Positions 11,554 to 19,548 of a DNA stretch of 64,000 nt are shown in pieces (the first letter of the stretch is position 1; every line of letters begins with the position of its first letter). The stretch comes from Nitrospiria bacterium (GTDB lineage Bacteria > Nitrospirota > Nitrospiria > SBBL01 > JAADHI01), in contig CALZIJ010000003.1 of NCBI GenBank assembly GCA_945787655.1, positions 4,602 to 68,601 on the forward strand. The letters run 5' to 3'. The position numbers were made by a program, and so were the translations under genes. The notes beneath the pieces are model-generated. The model saw only the letters and a program-made list of their open reading frames with translations. It was not told the origin of the DNA and ran no database searches.

Positions 11554-11986
11554 TTTAACCCTCTATGGCGTGATCACCCTGCATGTAAAGATCTATTGAT
11601 ATCTCTTATTGGTGTAATCGTCCTGGAGAGTGTTCGGTTTGAGGCGTCGGGTTTTGAGGTGGTCATCCATTTGGAATCAGGACACAGTTTAATTTTACCA
11701 GATCTTTATAAAATCGCTGGTTGAGTTGTCGGTAATCGCAAAACCCTTTTCCCAAATCGATATTCTGAAGATCCCGCACCCGAATCTCTTGACATTAACG
11801 ACTTAATCTTGCCGCCTTGACCTTGCCAGAAAACAATCCTGTTATTTTTTTGACTTGGTCCATGCCAAGCTGACCCGGAAGCGTGTACGCGCTTTCGGAC
11901 AACCACTTTCTTTTATTGACATGATGCGAAATCCATCCTTCTCCCGTAATTGCAAATCCGCCGGGATTCGATTAAACTGTCTCCCC

Positions 11987-12181
11987 ATGCAGATTAAGCT
12001 TTATCACCCGGCCCGCGAAATTTCCATAAAGGGGCCCAAGCCAGTTTCATCGATTCTAACCCACCTTGGGCTTCCGAGAGAGGCGCATCTTGTGATCTGC
12101 GATGACATGTTGGTGACGGAAGATGCGGTTATTTCCGATGACGCGGTTATTGAAATTCGCCCGGTCATTTCAGGGGGATAA
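11987..12181 (+). CDS. ThiS/MoaD/TtuB-like ubiquitin-fold sulfur carrier (64 aa, C-terminal Gly-Gly)
   Basis: MQIKLY...VIEIRPVISGG-stop. The size and terminal GG fit beta-grasp sulfur carriers. The TAA stop (12179-12181) directly abuts the ATG of the PP-loop gene (12182). The 108-aa ORF-track call from 11855 is probably over-extended. Confidence 0.65.
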   Translation: MQIKLYHPAREISIKGPKPVSSILTHLGLPREAHLVICDDMLVTEDAVISDDAVIEIRPVISGG

Positions 12182-13087
12182 ATGAAGTGTCGACGATGTA
12201 AAACACCTGCAGTCATCAAAATGCCTCGGCACAACACGGCATTTTGTGACCCTTGTTTTCAGGAGTACCTATTAAAACAGGTTGAACGGGCGATTTCTTC
12301 CGGCAAGATGTTTTCCAAGGAAGCCCCTGTATTGGTCGCCGTTTCGGGCGGAAAAGACAGTCTCGCGCTTTGGGACATCCTGATTAAACTGGGTTATGAA
12401 ACGGCAGGGCTGCATCTGAATTTGGGCATCGGCGCCTATTCAAAACGCTCTCAACAAATGGTAGAACAATTTGCGAACGCACGGGGTTTGGCGCTTATCG
12501 TCGAGAGCTATCAAAAATCTTACGGCTTGGGGGTGATTGAGATCGCTGAAGAATCGGCGCGCCCGGCCTGCTCGGCTTGTGGCACGATGAAACGACACCA
12601 TTTTAACCGGATTGCAATGGAAAAAGGCTTTCCCGTGGTCGCAACGGGGCATAACCTGGATGACGAGGCGGCCCGCCTTTTGGGAAACTTGTTAAAGTGG
12701 CAGGTGAGTTATCTTGAAAAACAGTCCCCGGTGTTGTCGGATGACGATGGCAAGTGGGCCAAAAAAGTCAGACCGCTCTACCGGCTGCCGGAACGTGAAA
12801 TTGCGGCCTATACCATCCTTAACCGGATTGAGTATGTGGTGGAAGAATGTCCGATGTCCAAAGGGGCAAAAGTGTTTGCTTATAAAGAAACGCTGAATCA
12901 GCTTGAAGAAGCGTCTCCCGGTGCCAAACACCAATTTTATTTAGGCTTTCTCAAACAAAAGGAAGCTTCATTTCCCACGCCGCCGCCCGCAAAACAGGAT
13001 GAAACCTGCCGGACTTGCGGTCAGCCCACTCAAAGTGAACAGTGCGGATATTGCCGTTTGATTGAACGGGCGACCACAGTCTCATGA
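12182..13087 (+). CDS. ttuA: TtuA/Ncs6-type PP-loop tRNA 2-thiolation enzyme
   Basis: N-terminal CxxC...CxxC (CRRCK...CDPC), PP-loop SGGKDS, CSACG plus ECPMS cysteines (Fe-S ligand pattern), GHNLDDEA, and a C-terminal CxxC...CxxC (CRTCG...CGYC). Confidence 0.8.
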   Translation: MKCRRCKTPAVIKMPRHNTAFCDPCFQEYLLKQVERAISSGKMFSKEAPVLVAVSGGKDSLALWDILIKLGYETAGLHLNLGIGAYSKRSQQMVEQFANARGLALIVESYQKSYGLGVIEIAEESARPACSACGTMKRHHFNRIAMEKGFPVVATGHNLDDEAARLLGNLLKWQVSYLEKQSPVLSDDDGKWAKKVRPLYRLPEREIAAYTILNRIEYVVEECPMSKGAKVFAYKETLNQLEEASPGAKHQFYLGFLKQKEASFPTPPPAKQDETCRTCGQPTQSEQCGYCRLIERATTVS

Positions 13088-13917
13088 CCCCCTTTGCTTC
13101 CGGAGACCGGATTCATCTCGTCAATAAAAAAGGACGGGTTTACCGACTGCAGTTACAAACGGGCGCGGTTTATCAATTTAGCGGAGAAACCATCGATCAC
13201 GATGACATTATTGGTCTGGCGGATGGGACGGAAATCGCCCTTTCCCGCGGTACCCGGTTTTTTGTCCTGAAACCCACACTTTCCGAATATACCCTGCATA
13301 TGAAACGGGGGGCGCAGATTCTTTATCCAAAGGATCTGGCGCTGATACCGATGTGGGCGGATGTTTATCCCGGCGCAAGCGTCATTGAGGCGGGCATCGG
13401 CTCCGGCGCGCTAACGATTCCGCTTTTAAACGCCATTGGCGAAAAAGGGCATCTCACCTGTTATGAAATCCGGGACGATTTTGCAGCGCGGGCGATTAAA
13501 AATGTAGAATCTTATTTCAGCCCCTCACCCTTGAATGACCGTTTAACGGTGCATCATCGGGATATCTATGAAGGAATTTTGGAAGAAGAGGTGGACCGCA
13601 TTGTGCTGGATTTGCCCGAACCGCATTTGGTCGTTCCCCATGCCGTGGAGAAACTGAGATCCGGCGGCATATTCCTCTGTTTTTTACCGACCGTGCCACA
13701 AATCGAAAAGGTTGTGGCGGCTTTGCAGGAAGCGAAGGTGTTTGAATCGATTGAAACCTTTGAAACGCTGCTTCGTCCCTGGAATATTGATGGCCGCAGC
13801 GTGCGGCCCAACTTGCGCATGGTGGCGCATTCCGGTTTTATCACCACGGCGCGAAAGGTCAAGCGCCTGGTCCGGCCTGAAACTCAGGTGCCGCCTGATT
13901 CAAACTCAAGTCTCTGA
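13084..13917 (+). CDS. trmI: tRNA (adenine58-N1)-methyltransferase, TrmI/Gcd14 family
   Basis: ILYPKDLALIPMWADVYPGASVIEAGIGSGALT (SAM motif I) and VLDLPEP. The start overlaps the ttuA stop (ATGA at 13084-13087). Confidence 0.85.
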   Translation: MTPFASGDRIHLVNKKGRVYRLQLQTGAVYQFSGETIDHDDIIGLADGTEIALSRGTRFFVLKPTLSEYTLHMKRGAQILYPKDLALIPMWADVYPGASVIEAGIGSGALTIPLLNAIGEKGHLTCYEIRDDFAARAIKNVESYFSPSPLNDRLTVHHRDIYEGILEEEVDRIVLDLPEPHLVVPHAVEKLRSGGIFLCFLPTVPQIEKVVAALQEAKVFESIETFETLLRPWNIDGRSVRPNLRMVAHSGFITTARKVKRLVRPETQVPPDSNSSL

Positions 13918-14682
13918 AAACCGTTGTTGTTCCTGTAATTTTCTGAGTCTCTCCCTGTTTTTTTGAAGTTTCGGAAGCTGATATTTTTCATCAATGGCGA
14001 CGACTTTTTTCAGACAGTCGATGGCGGCGATGGTGTGATTTGCTTTTTCATACAGTGCAGCTTGATGATATAGCGTTGAGGCACATCCCATTTCATCACC
14101 CATGCGCTGATACAGGGCATGAGCGGATTGACTGAGTTGAAGCGCGGCGTTTGTATCATCCAAACCCTCTTTTGTTTTTGCAAGCCGATTAAGGGCGGCG
14201 GCGATCAATTTGGGTTGATTGAGCTTTTTTGAAAGTGTGAGTCCTTTTTCGGCGTATTCCAAGGCCAAGGCCTTGGCGGATTCTTTTTGAAAGGCCAGAG
14301 AAAGATTGCCATAAAGGACTGCCAATTGTTCCCATTGTTCATATTCTTCCAGCAGTAATGCCCCTTGTTTATAATAATGAATGGCCTGGGCCGTGTTGCC
14401 TTGATCGGTATAAAGATTGCCGATGTTGGTATAGGTGATCCCAAGACGGCCATAGTCTTCGAGCCGTCTTAAAATTACCATCGCCTTTTTGTAATAGACG
14501 ACGGCATTTTCAATCTCCTCAATTGCCCCGTAAACGTTTCCGATATTTCCATAGAGGTCGGCGAGAGGATAGGGGTCATCACGAATCCCTTCTTGTGCTT
14601 TAAAATAAAGGCTCAGGGCCTGTTTGTAATTTCCCCGTGAAAAGGCCTGATTGCCTTTTTGCATGTAGAGATAAGGGTCCAT
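13906..14682 (-). CDS. TPR repeat protein
   Basis: About six 34-40-aa TPR-like units (e.g. LADLYGNIGNVYGAIEEIENAVVYYKKAMVI). Its 3' end overlaps the trmI 3' end by 12 nt (convergent). Confidence 0.75.
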   Translation of the reverse strand: MDPYLYMQKGNQAFSRGNYKQALSLYFKAQEGIRDDPYPLADLYGNIGNVYGAIEEIENAVVYYKKAMVILRRLEDYGRLGITYTNIGNLYTDQGNTAQAIHYYKQGALLLEEYEQWEQLAVLYGNLSLAFQKESAKALALEYAEKGLTLSKKLNQPKLIAAALNRLAKTKEGLDDTNAALQLSQSAHALYQRMGDEMGCASTLYHQAALYEKANHTIAAIDCLKKVVAIDEKYQLPKLQKNRERLRKLQEQQRFSET

Positions 14683-14738
14683 TGAGGGTGTTCCATACCC
14701 TGATTATTTTAGAAAATGCGCGGCATGATGTTAAGAGC

Positions 14739-17192
14739 TTATTTTTCTGCCCCGGACGCTTCACCGGATGGCTCGGCATGTTTTTGAGGTGTACTTTCTT
14801 CTAGGGCGCGCATTTTCTCGCCCATATCTTCAAGGCGTTCGAGGACAAGGGCATTGATGCTCCCTTCCGGATAATTTCCATCTGTTTGCAGTTCTCCTGC
14901 GGGCGTGTCTGTCAGAATTTCGATGGCTTCATCCACTGTCGATACCGAATAGAGATGAAAACGGCCCGATGTCACGGCCTCAAGGACGTCATCATTCAAC
15001 ATGAGGTGCTTTACATTTTGGCGGGGAATTATGACGCCTTGTTCACCCGTGAGTCCCATCGCATTGCAGATGGCGAAGAAGCCCTCGATTTTTTCATTAA
15101 TCCCGCCCACGGGCTGGACTTCGCCGTGCTGATTGACCGATCCCGTGACGGCGATACCTTGCCGGATCGGGATTCGACTGAGGCTCGAAAGTAAAATCAG
15201 GAGTTCGGCCGCGGAGGCACTGTCGCCTTCCACGCCGCTGTAACTTTGCTCGAAACAGATGCTCGCCGAGAGGGAAAGGGTGGTCTCCTGTGCATATTTT
15301 CCGCCTATATATCCGGAGAGGATCAAGACCCCCTTGCTGTGGGTTTTGCCGCCCATTTTGACTTCGCGCTCGATATCGATGATGCCGGACTGTCCTAAAA
15401 AGACACGCGCGGTGATGCGGGACGGGCGTCCGAATGCGAAGTCGCCCAGATCATATACTGACAGGCCGTTAATTTGTCCGACGACGGAACCCGAAACATC
15501 GACCATCAAGGTCCCTTCCTCAATCAGTTCCTGAACCCTGTCCTCGAGTTGGTTGGAACGATTGTTTTTTTCGGAAACAGCTTTTAAGATGTCTTCCCGA
15601 GAAACACATTTCTTGTCCGTACGTTTGGCCCAGAAGCTGGATTCCCGAATGAGGTCGGCTAAATTCCCGAAACGAAGGGAAAACTTGCCTTGATGGTTGG
15701 CCCATCGTGACAACTGTTCCAAAACCGCGGCGACGGCCGTCCGGTCGAAATGGAGCAATGATTCTTCTTTACAAAGACGGGCGATAAAGCGGGCGATTTG
15801 CTCGGGAGAATGGTCCGCTGTTTTTTGCTCTTCTTCGAAATCGACTTTGACTTTGAAAATTTTGCTGAATTCTTCATCGTAGGTTTGAAGCAAGTAGTAG
15901 AGAAAGGCATTACCCATGAGGATAACCCGCAATTGGATAGGAATGGGATCGGGTTTTATCCCCGATGTGGTCATCAGTCCATAAGATTCGCCCAAATCCT
16001 CTATCTTCACTTCTTTTTTCTTAATAATACGTTTGAGGGCGTCCCAGGAATGCGGGGCGCGCAGCAGATCCATGGCATTGATGAGGAGATATCCGCCGTT
16101 GGAATTGAGGATGGAACCGGCTTTGATGAGGGTGAAGTTCGTGTAGAAGGTGCCGAACCGTCCTTTTTTCTCAATGCGGCCGACGAGGTTGTTGTATGTC
16201 GGGTTGACTTCTTCAATCAGGGGCGCGCCTTCCGTGGCGCTGTTGTCCACGAGCACATTGACGGCGTATCGGGCGTCTGAACCGCGTACGGGTTCAATAG
16301 TGAGGCCGGCCATCTGAAGCGGGGATTCCGGAGCAGGCAAGAAGTCATTGAAGTTGTGCACGACGTCCTGTTGGACATTTAAAATATGTTCCGAAAGATG
16401 GGTAATCGTTTTATACTTTTCCCTCAGCGGTTCAAAAAAGCGTTCCGATGTATATTCTGCAACACTTTGGTTGAGTTTTTGAATTTTCTCTTCCAGTTCA
16501 TCATGAAACGCCCGGGTTTGCTTTACAAACTGGTGTACGTGCTCATGAAGGATTTGTTCTTTTCTCTGGATCTCGTTTTTGGTTTTGGGATCGAGGGCCG
16601 CCATTTGAGCGGGCGTCATGGGTTTTCCATCGTGTTGCGGAACGATGGTAATGCCGACGTTCCTGGATTTGATCGTAAAACCCAGTTCCCGGGCCTTTTC
16701 TTCCAGTTCTTCTCCGAGGGCGTCCCGGGCTTTGGCGAATTCATTTTGAAAAACTTTTTCCTGGTCCTCTTTTTCCTTACTTTGGAACACCCTTGGGAAT
16801 TCCTCTTTGAGCCGTGCGATGAGACGATCCATATCCCTTTGGAATTCTTTCCCTTTTCCGGCGGCGAGTGACAGCGCCTTGGGACGGTCCGGGTCTTGAA
16901 AGTTATTGACATAACACCAGTCGTCCGGCACGGTCCGGGTTTCCGCGACTTTTTGAATCATGGATTTAACGATGGTGTTTTTCCCGGTGCCGGGCGCGCC
17001 CGTGACGAAAATATTGTAACCCCGGTCGTGAATATGCAAGCCGAAATCCATGGCTTGGACTGCACGTTGTTGTCCGATCACCTCGTCCAGCGGGAAAATT
17101 TCCGCAGTCGTCTCAAATGCGAAAGAGCCGGGATCAATACGTGTTTTGAGTTTCTCAGGCGGGACTTCCCATTGGCTTTGCGTCATTTTCAC
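14739..17192 (-). CDS. Lon-like protease (COG1067-type) with a split AAA-like module, long helical insertion and S16 protease domain
   Basis: GAPGTGKNT P-loop, a ~200-aa charged helical insert, the Lon proteolytic Ser context GVEGDSASAAELL and the Lys context PVGGINEKIEGFF. Confidence 0.85.
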   Translation of the reverse strand: MKMTQSQWEVPPEKLKTRIDPGSFAFETTAEIFPLDEVIGQQRAVQAMDFGLHIHDRGYNIFVTGAPGTGKNTIVKSMIQKVAETRTVPDDWCYVNNFQDPDRPKALSLAAGKGKEFQRDMDRLIARLKEEFPRVFQSKEKEDQEKVFQNEFAKARDALGEELEEKARELGFTIKSRNVGITIVPQHDGKPMTPAQMAALDPKTKNEIQRKEQILHEHVHQFVKQTRAFHDELEEKIQKLNQSVAEYTSERFFEPLREKYKTITHLSEHILNVQQDVVHNFNDFLPAPESPLQMAGLTIEPVRGSDARYAVNVLVDNSATEGAPLIEEVNPTYNNLVGRIEKKGRFGTFYTNFTLIKAGSILNSNGGYLLINAMDLLRAPHSWDALKRIIKKKEVKIEDLGESYGLMTTSGIKPDPIPIQLRVILMGNAFLYYLLQTYDEEFSKIFKVKVDFEEEQKTADHSPEQIARFIARLCKEESLLHFDRTAVAAVLEQLSRWANHQGKFSLRFGNLADLIRESSFWAKRTDKKCVSREDILKAVSEKNNRSNQLEDRVQELIEEGTLMVDVSGSVVGQINGLSVYDLGDFAFGRPSRITARVFLGQSGIIDIEREVKMGGKTHSKGVLILSGYIGGKYAQETTLSLSASICFEQSYSGVEGDSASAAELLILLSSLSRIPIRQGIAVTGSVNQHGEVQPVGGINEKIEGFFAICNAMGLTGEQGVIIPRQNVKHLMLNDDVLEAVTSGRFHLYSVSTVDEAIEILTDTPAGELQTDGNYPEGSINALVLERLEDMGEKMRALEESTPQKHAEPSGEASGAEK

Positions 17193-17322
17193 TCCTTAAA
17201 TACGTCTGTGGTTCAATATTATAACCGTGCTGAAACCCGTGCACCATAGGTGTTTTTATTTTTACCTTCGGGATTTATAGAAAAAAACCGGTCAAAACAA
17301 GCACAGATGGAAAAATAAGGGT

Positions 17323-17961
17323 TCATGAAAACCGTTGTCGCGATACCTGCAGTTTCGCCTTCATCATCTTTGTCATCGTCTTTTTCATTCTTGTATTTGG
17401 CGTGCTTGAAATGAAGGGAATAGGCGTTGTTTTTAAATAACTGATCCGGAAAGCCTGGCGGCTCGTCTCTGCTTCCGAGTCGCTGTACTGGGCCCAAACG
17501 AGCAGCCGCTCTCGAATAAATACGCCAAGGGCAAGGGCATGTTCATCCTCGTCTGTTTCAAAATTAACAGGAGGATCATATTCCAGTTGGTGTTTTGAAT
17601 ATGCCGTGGCCGCGAAGAGGGGGGAAGCGTTTCGCATATAGGTCAACACCGCACTAAAACGCATCGAATCTCCTGAAAAGGAAGGTGCATAAAAATCACC
17701 GGGGGTCAGAGCAAGATAAAAGCTGCCCCCGCGTTCAAGGAAGGTGGTTTCCGCATAGGGATGATTATTTATTTCAACAGGGGCAAAGTATTGCCTAACC
17801 GATATTCTGTAGGTATTGGCTTCAAGATCATGACTGTCTTCAAAGTGTCCGGTTTCGAATAAAACCTCTGATTGGTAGTCTTTTGCGGCAAGAGTGCTGC
17901 CTGGGGAAATAGTATAAGCGGCGAAAACAAGAAATAACAGGGATTGTGCCTGTCGTTTCAT
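17323..17961 (-). CDS. Secreted protein, possible outer-membrane beta-barrel; 3' end probably frameshifted
   Basis: Signal peptide MKRQAQSLLFLVFAAYTISPGSTLAA, then alternating-hydrophobic strands. GGAG lies 7 nt upstream of the ATG at 17961. The tail after ~17431 reads as Lys/Met junk, while the -1 frame (ORF 17219..17497) reads beta-strand-like. Confidence 0.5.
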   Translation of the reverse strand: MKRQAQSLLFLVFAAYTISPGSTLAAKDYQSEVLFETGHFEDSHDLEANTYRISVRQYFAPVEINNHPYAETTFLERGGSFYLALTPGDFYAPSFSGDSMRFSAVLTYMRNASPLFAATAYSKHQLEYDPPVNFETDEDEHALALGVFIRERLLVWAQYSDSEAETSRQAFRISYLKTTPIPFISSTPNTRMKKTMTKMMKAKLQVSRQRFS

Positions 17962-18108
17962 ATAAATCTCCATTGATCAGAGTTGTGTGGTTGAGATGAA
18001 TAGATCGTCTCGATTAGGAGAAATTTGGAGATTTTCTGTATGGGCGGATTGTGCTGATGTGCTGCCACACGATGTCCAATCGTTAAGAGGAGCGGTATTG
18101 GGCGGATG

Positions 18109-19548
18109 TCAAACCTTCTGTTTTTTTCGTAAGTAGGCTTCAATCCCCTTGGCGGCTTCACGGCCTTCGTAGATTGCCCAAACAATCAAAGAAGCCCCCA
18201 GCTTGATATCCCCTGCGGCAAACACGCCGTCTATATTGGTCATCCTGTTTTCATCCACGATGACATTGCTTCGATGGTCTGTTTTTACGCCGAGTTCTTC
18301 CAAAAGCCCTGTTTTTTGTGGACCCGTAAATCCCATGGCAAGCAAGACCAGGTCGGTTTCAATAACAAATTCACTGCCAGGCACTTCGATAAATTTCATC
18401 CCGCCAGAGTCGTTGATGATTTTTTCAACCCGAATGCCATGCAGTTTTTCAACGCGACCATTTTGGCCGGAAAATTTCTTGGTCATAAAAGACCATTCAC
18501 GAATACCGCCTTCTTCATGTGCACCTGAAGTTCTCAGCTGCATGGGCCACAGGGGCCAGGGAGTGCTTTCAGAGCGTTCTCGGGGAGGTTCAGGAAGAAG
18601 CTCGATTTGGCGGACTTCCTTTGCTCCTTGACGATGGCAGGTACCCAGACAATCGGCTCCCGTGTCCCCGCCGCCTAAAATGACAACCCGCTTTCCTTTT
18701 GCTGAAATGTCCAGATTGGGTTCTAGGGAATCGCCGTTGTTGCGTTTGTTTTGCTGGGTCAGATAATCCATGGCCGGATGGATGCCGTCAAGCTCACGGC
18801 CGGGAATAGGCAGATCCCGGGCAACGCCTGCGCCGGTCGTCAGGCAGACGGCGTCAAAATCTTTTTTAAGGGATTCAATGGTCAGGTCATATCCGACATG
18901 CACGTTTGTTTCAAACTGGACCCCTTCAGTGGTCAATTGTTTGAGCCGCCGGTCCAAAACCCATTTTTCCATTTTAAAATCTGGGATGCCGTAACGTAAT
19001 AACCCGCCAATGCGGTCATCTTTTTCAAAAACAGTCACGGTATGTCCTGCACGACGAAGCTGTTGCGCTGCGGCAAGTCCGGCAGGGCCTGAACCGACAA
19101 TGGCAATTTTTCGTCCCGTTTCTTTTTCAGGCGGGAGTGGCGCGACCCAACCTTCAAGAAAACCGCGGTCAATTATATTCCATTCTGTGACACGGATGGC
19201 GACGGGATCATCAATAATCCCCAAAACACAGGCGCCTTCACAGGGGGCAGGGCAGAGGCGTCCCGTAAATTCGGGAAAGTTGTTGGTGGAATGCAATGCT
19301 TTCAAGGCGTCTTTCCATCGTCCCCGAGAAACAAGGTCATTCCATTCAGGGATCATATTCTGAACAGGACAACCGGAATAACCCTGGCAAAAAGGCACGC
19401 CGCAATCCATGCAACGGGCACCTTGCGCCATAAGTGCGTCTTCTTTCATGGGTTTGTAGATTTCTTTCCAATCCTGTATCCGTTTTTCCACGGGCCGCCG
19501 TTTCGGCATTGATCGGCTAATTTTTAAAAATCCTCTTGGATCACCCAT
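18109..19548 (-). CDS. gltD: Glutamate synthase (NADPH) small subunit
   Basis: Cys clusters ([18 protein letters not shown]) and two dinucleotide folds ([27 protein letters not shown]). The ATG at 19548 overlaps the gltB stop by 8 nt (ATGGGTGA). Confidence 0.9.
   Translation of the reverse strand: MGDPRGFLKISRSMPKRRPVEKRIQDWKEIYKPMKEDALMAQGARCMDCGVPFCQGYSGCPVQNMIPEWNDLVSRGRWKDALKALHSTNNFPEFTGRLCPAPCEGACVLGIIDDPVAIRVTEWNIIDRGFLEGWVAPLPPEKETGRKIAIVGSGPAGLAAAQQLRRAGHTVTVFEKDDRIGGLLRYGIPDFKMEKWVLDRRLKQLTTEGVQFETNVHVGYDLTIESLKKDFDAVCLTTGAGVARDLPIPGRELDGIHPAMDYLTQQNKRNNGDSLEPNLDISAKGKRVVILGGGDTGADCLGTCHRQGAKEVRQIELLPEPPRERSESTPWPLWPMQLRTSGAHEEGGIREWSFMTKKFSGQNGRVEKLHGIRVEKIINDSGGMKFIEVPGSEFVIETDLVLLAMGFTGPQKTGLLEELGVKTDHRSNVIVDENRMTNIDGVFAAGDIKLGASLIVWAIYEGREAAKGIEAYLRKKQKV

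Noticed and set aside
11527-11906. Two overlapping ~65-aa ORFs (11527-11724 +, 11706-11906 -) in the 430-nt interval before the ThiS-like gene
   Set aside because: No SD and no motif. The region more likely holds promoters (two TTGACA hexamers at ~11790 and ~11917), though I could not pair either with a convincing -10 box.
13906-13917. 12-nt convergent overlap of the trmI and TPR gene 3' ends
   Set aside because: Such overlaps are common in compact genomes and there is no evidence of a functional role.
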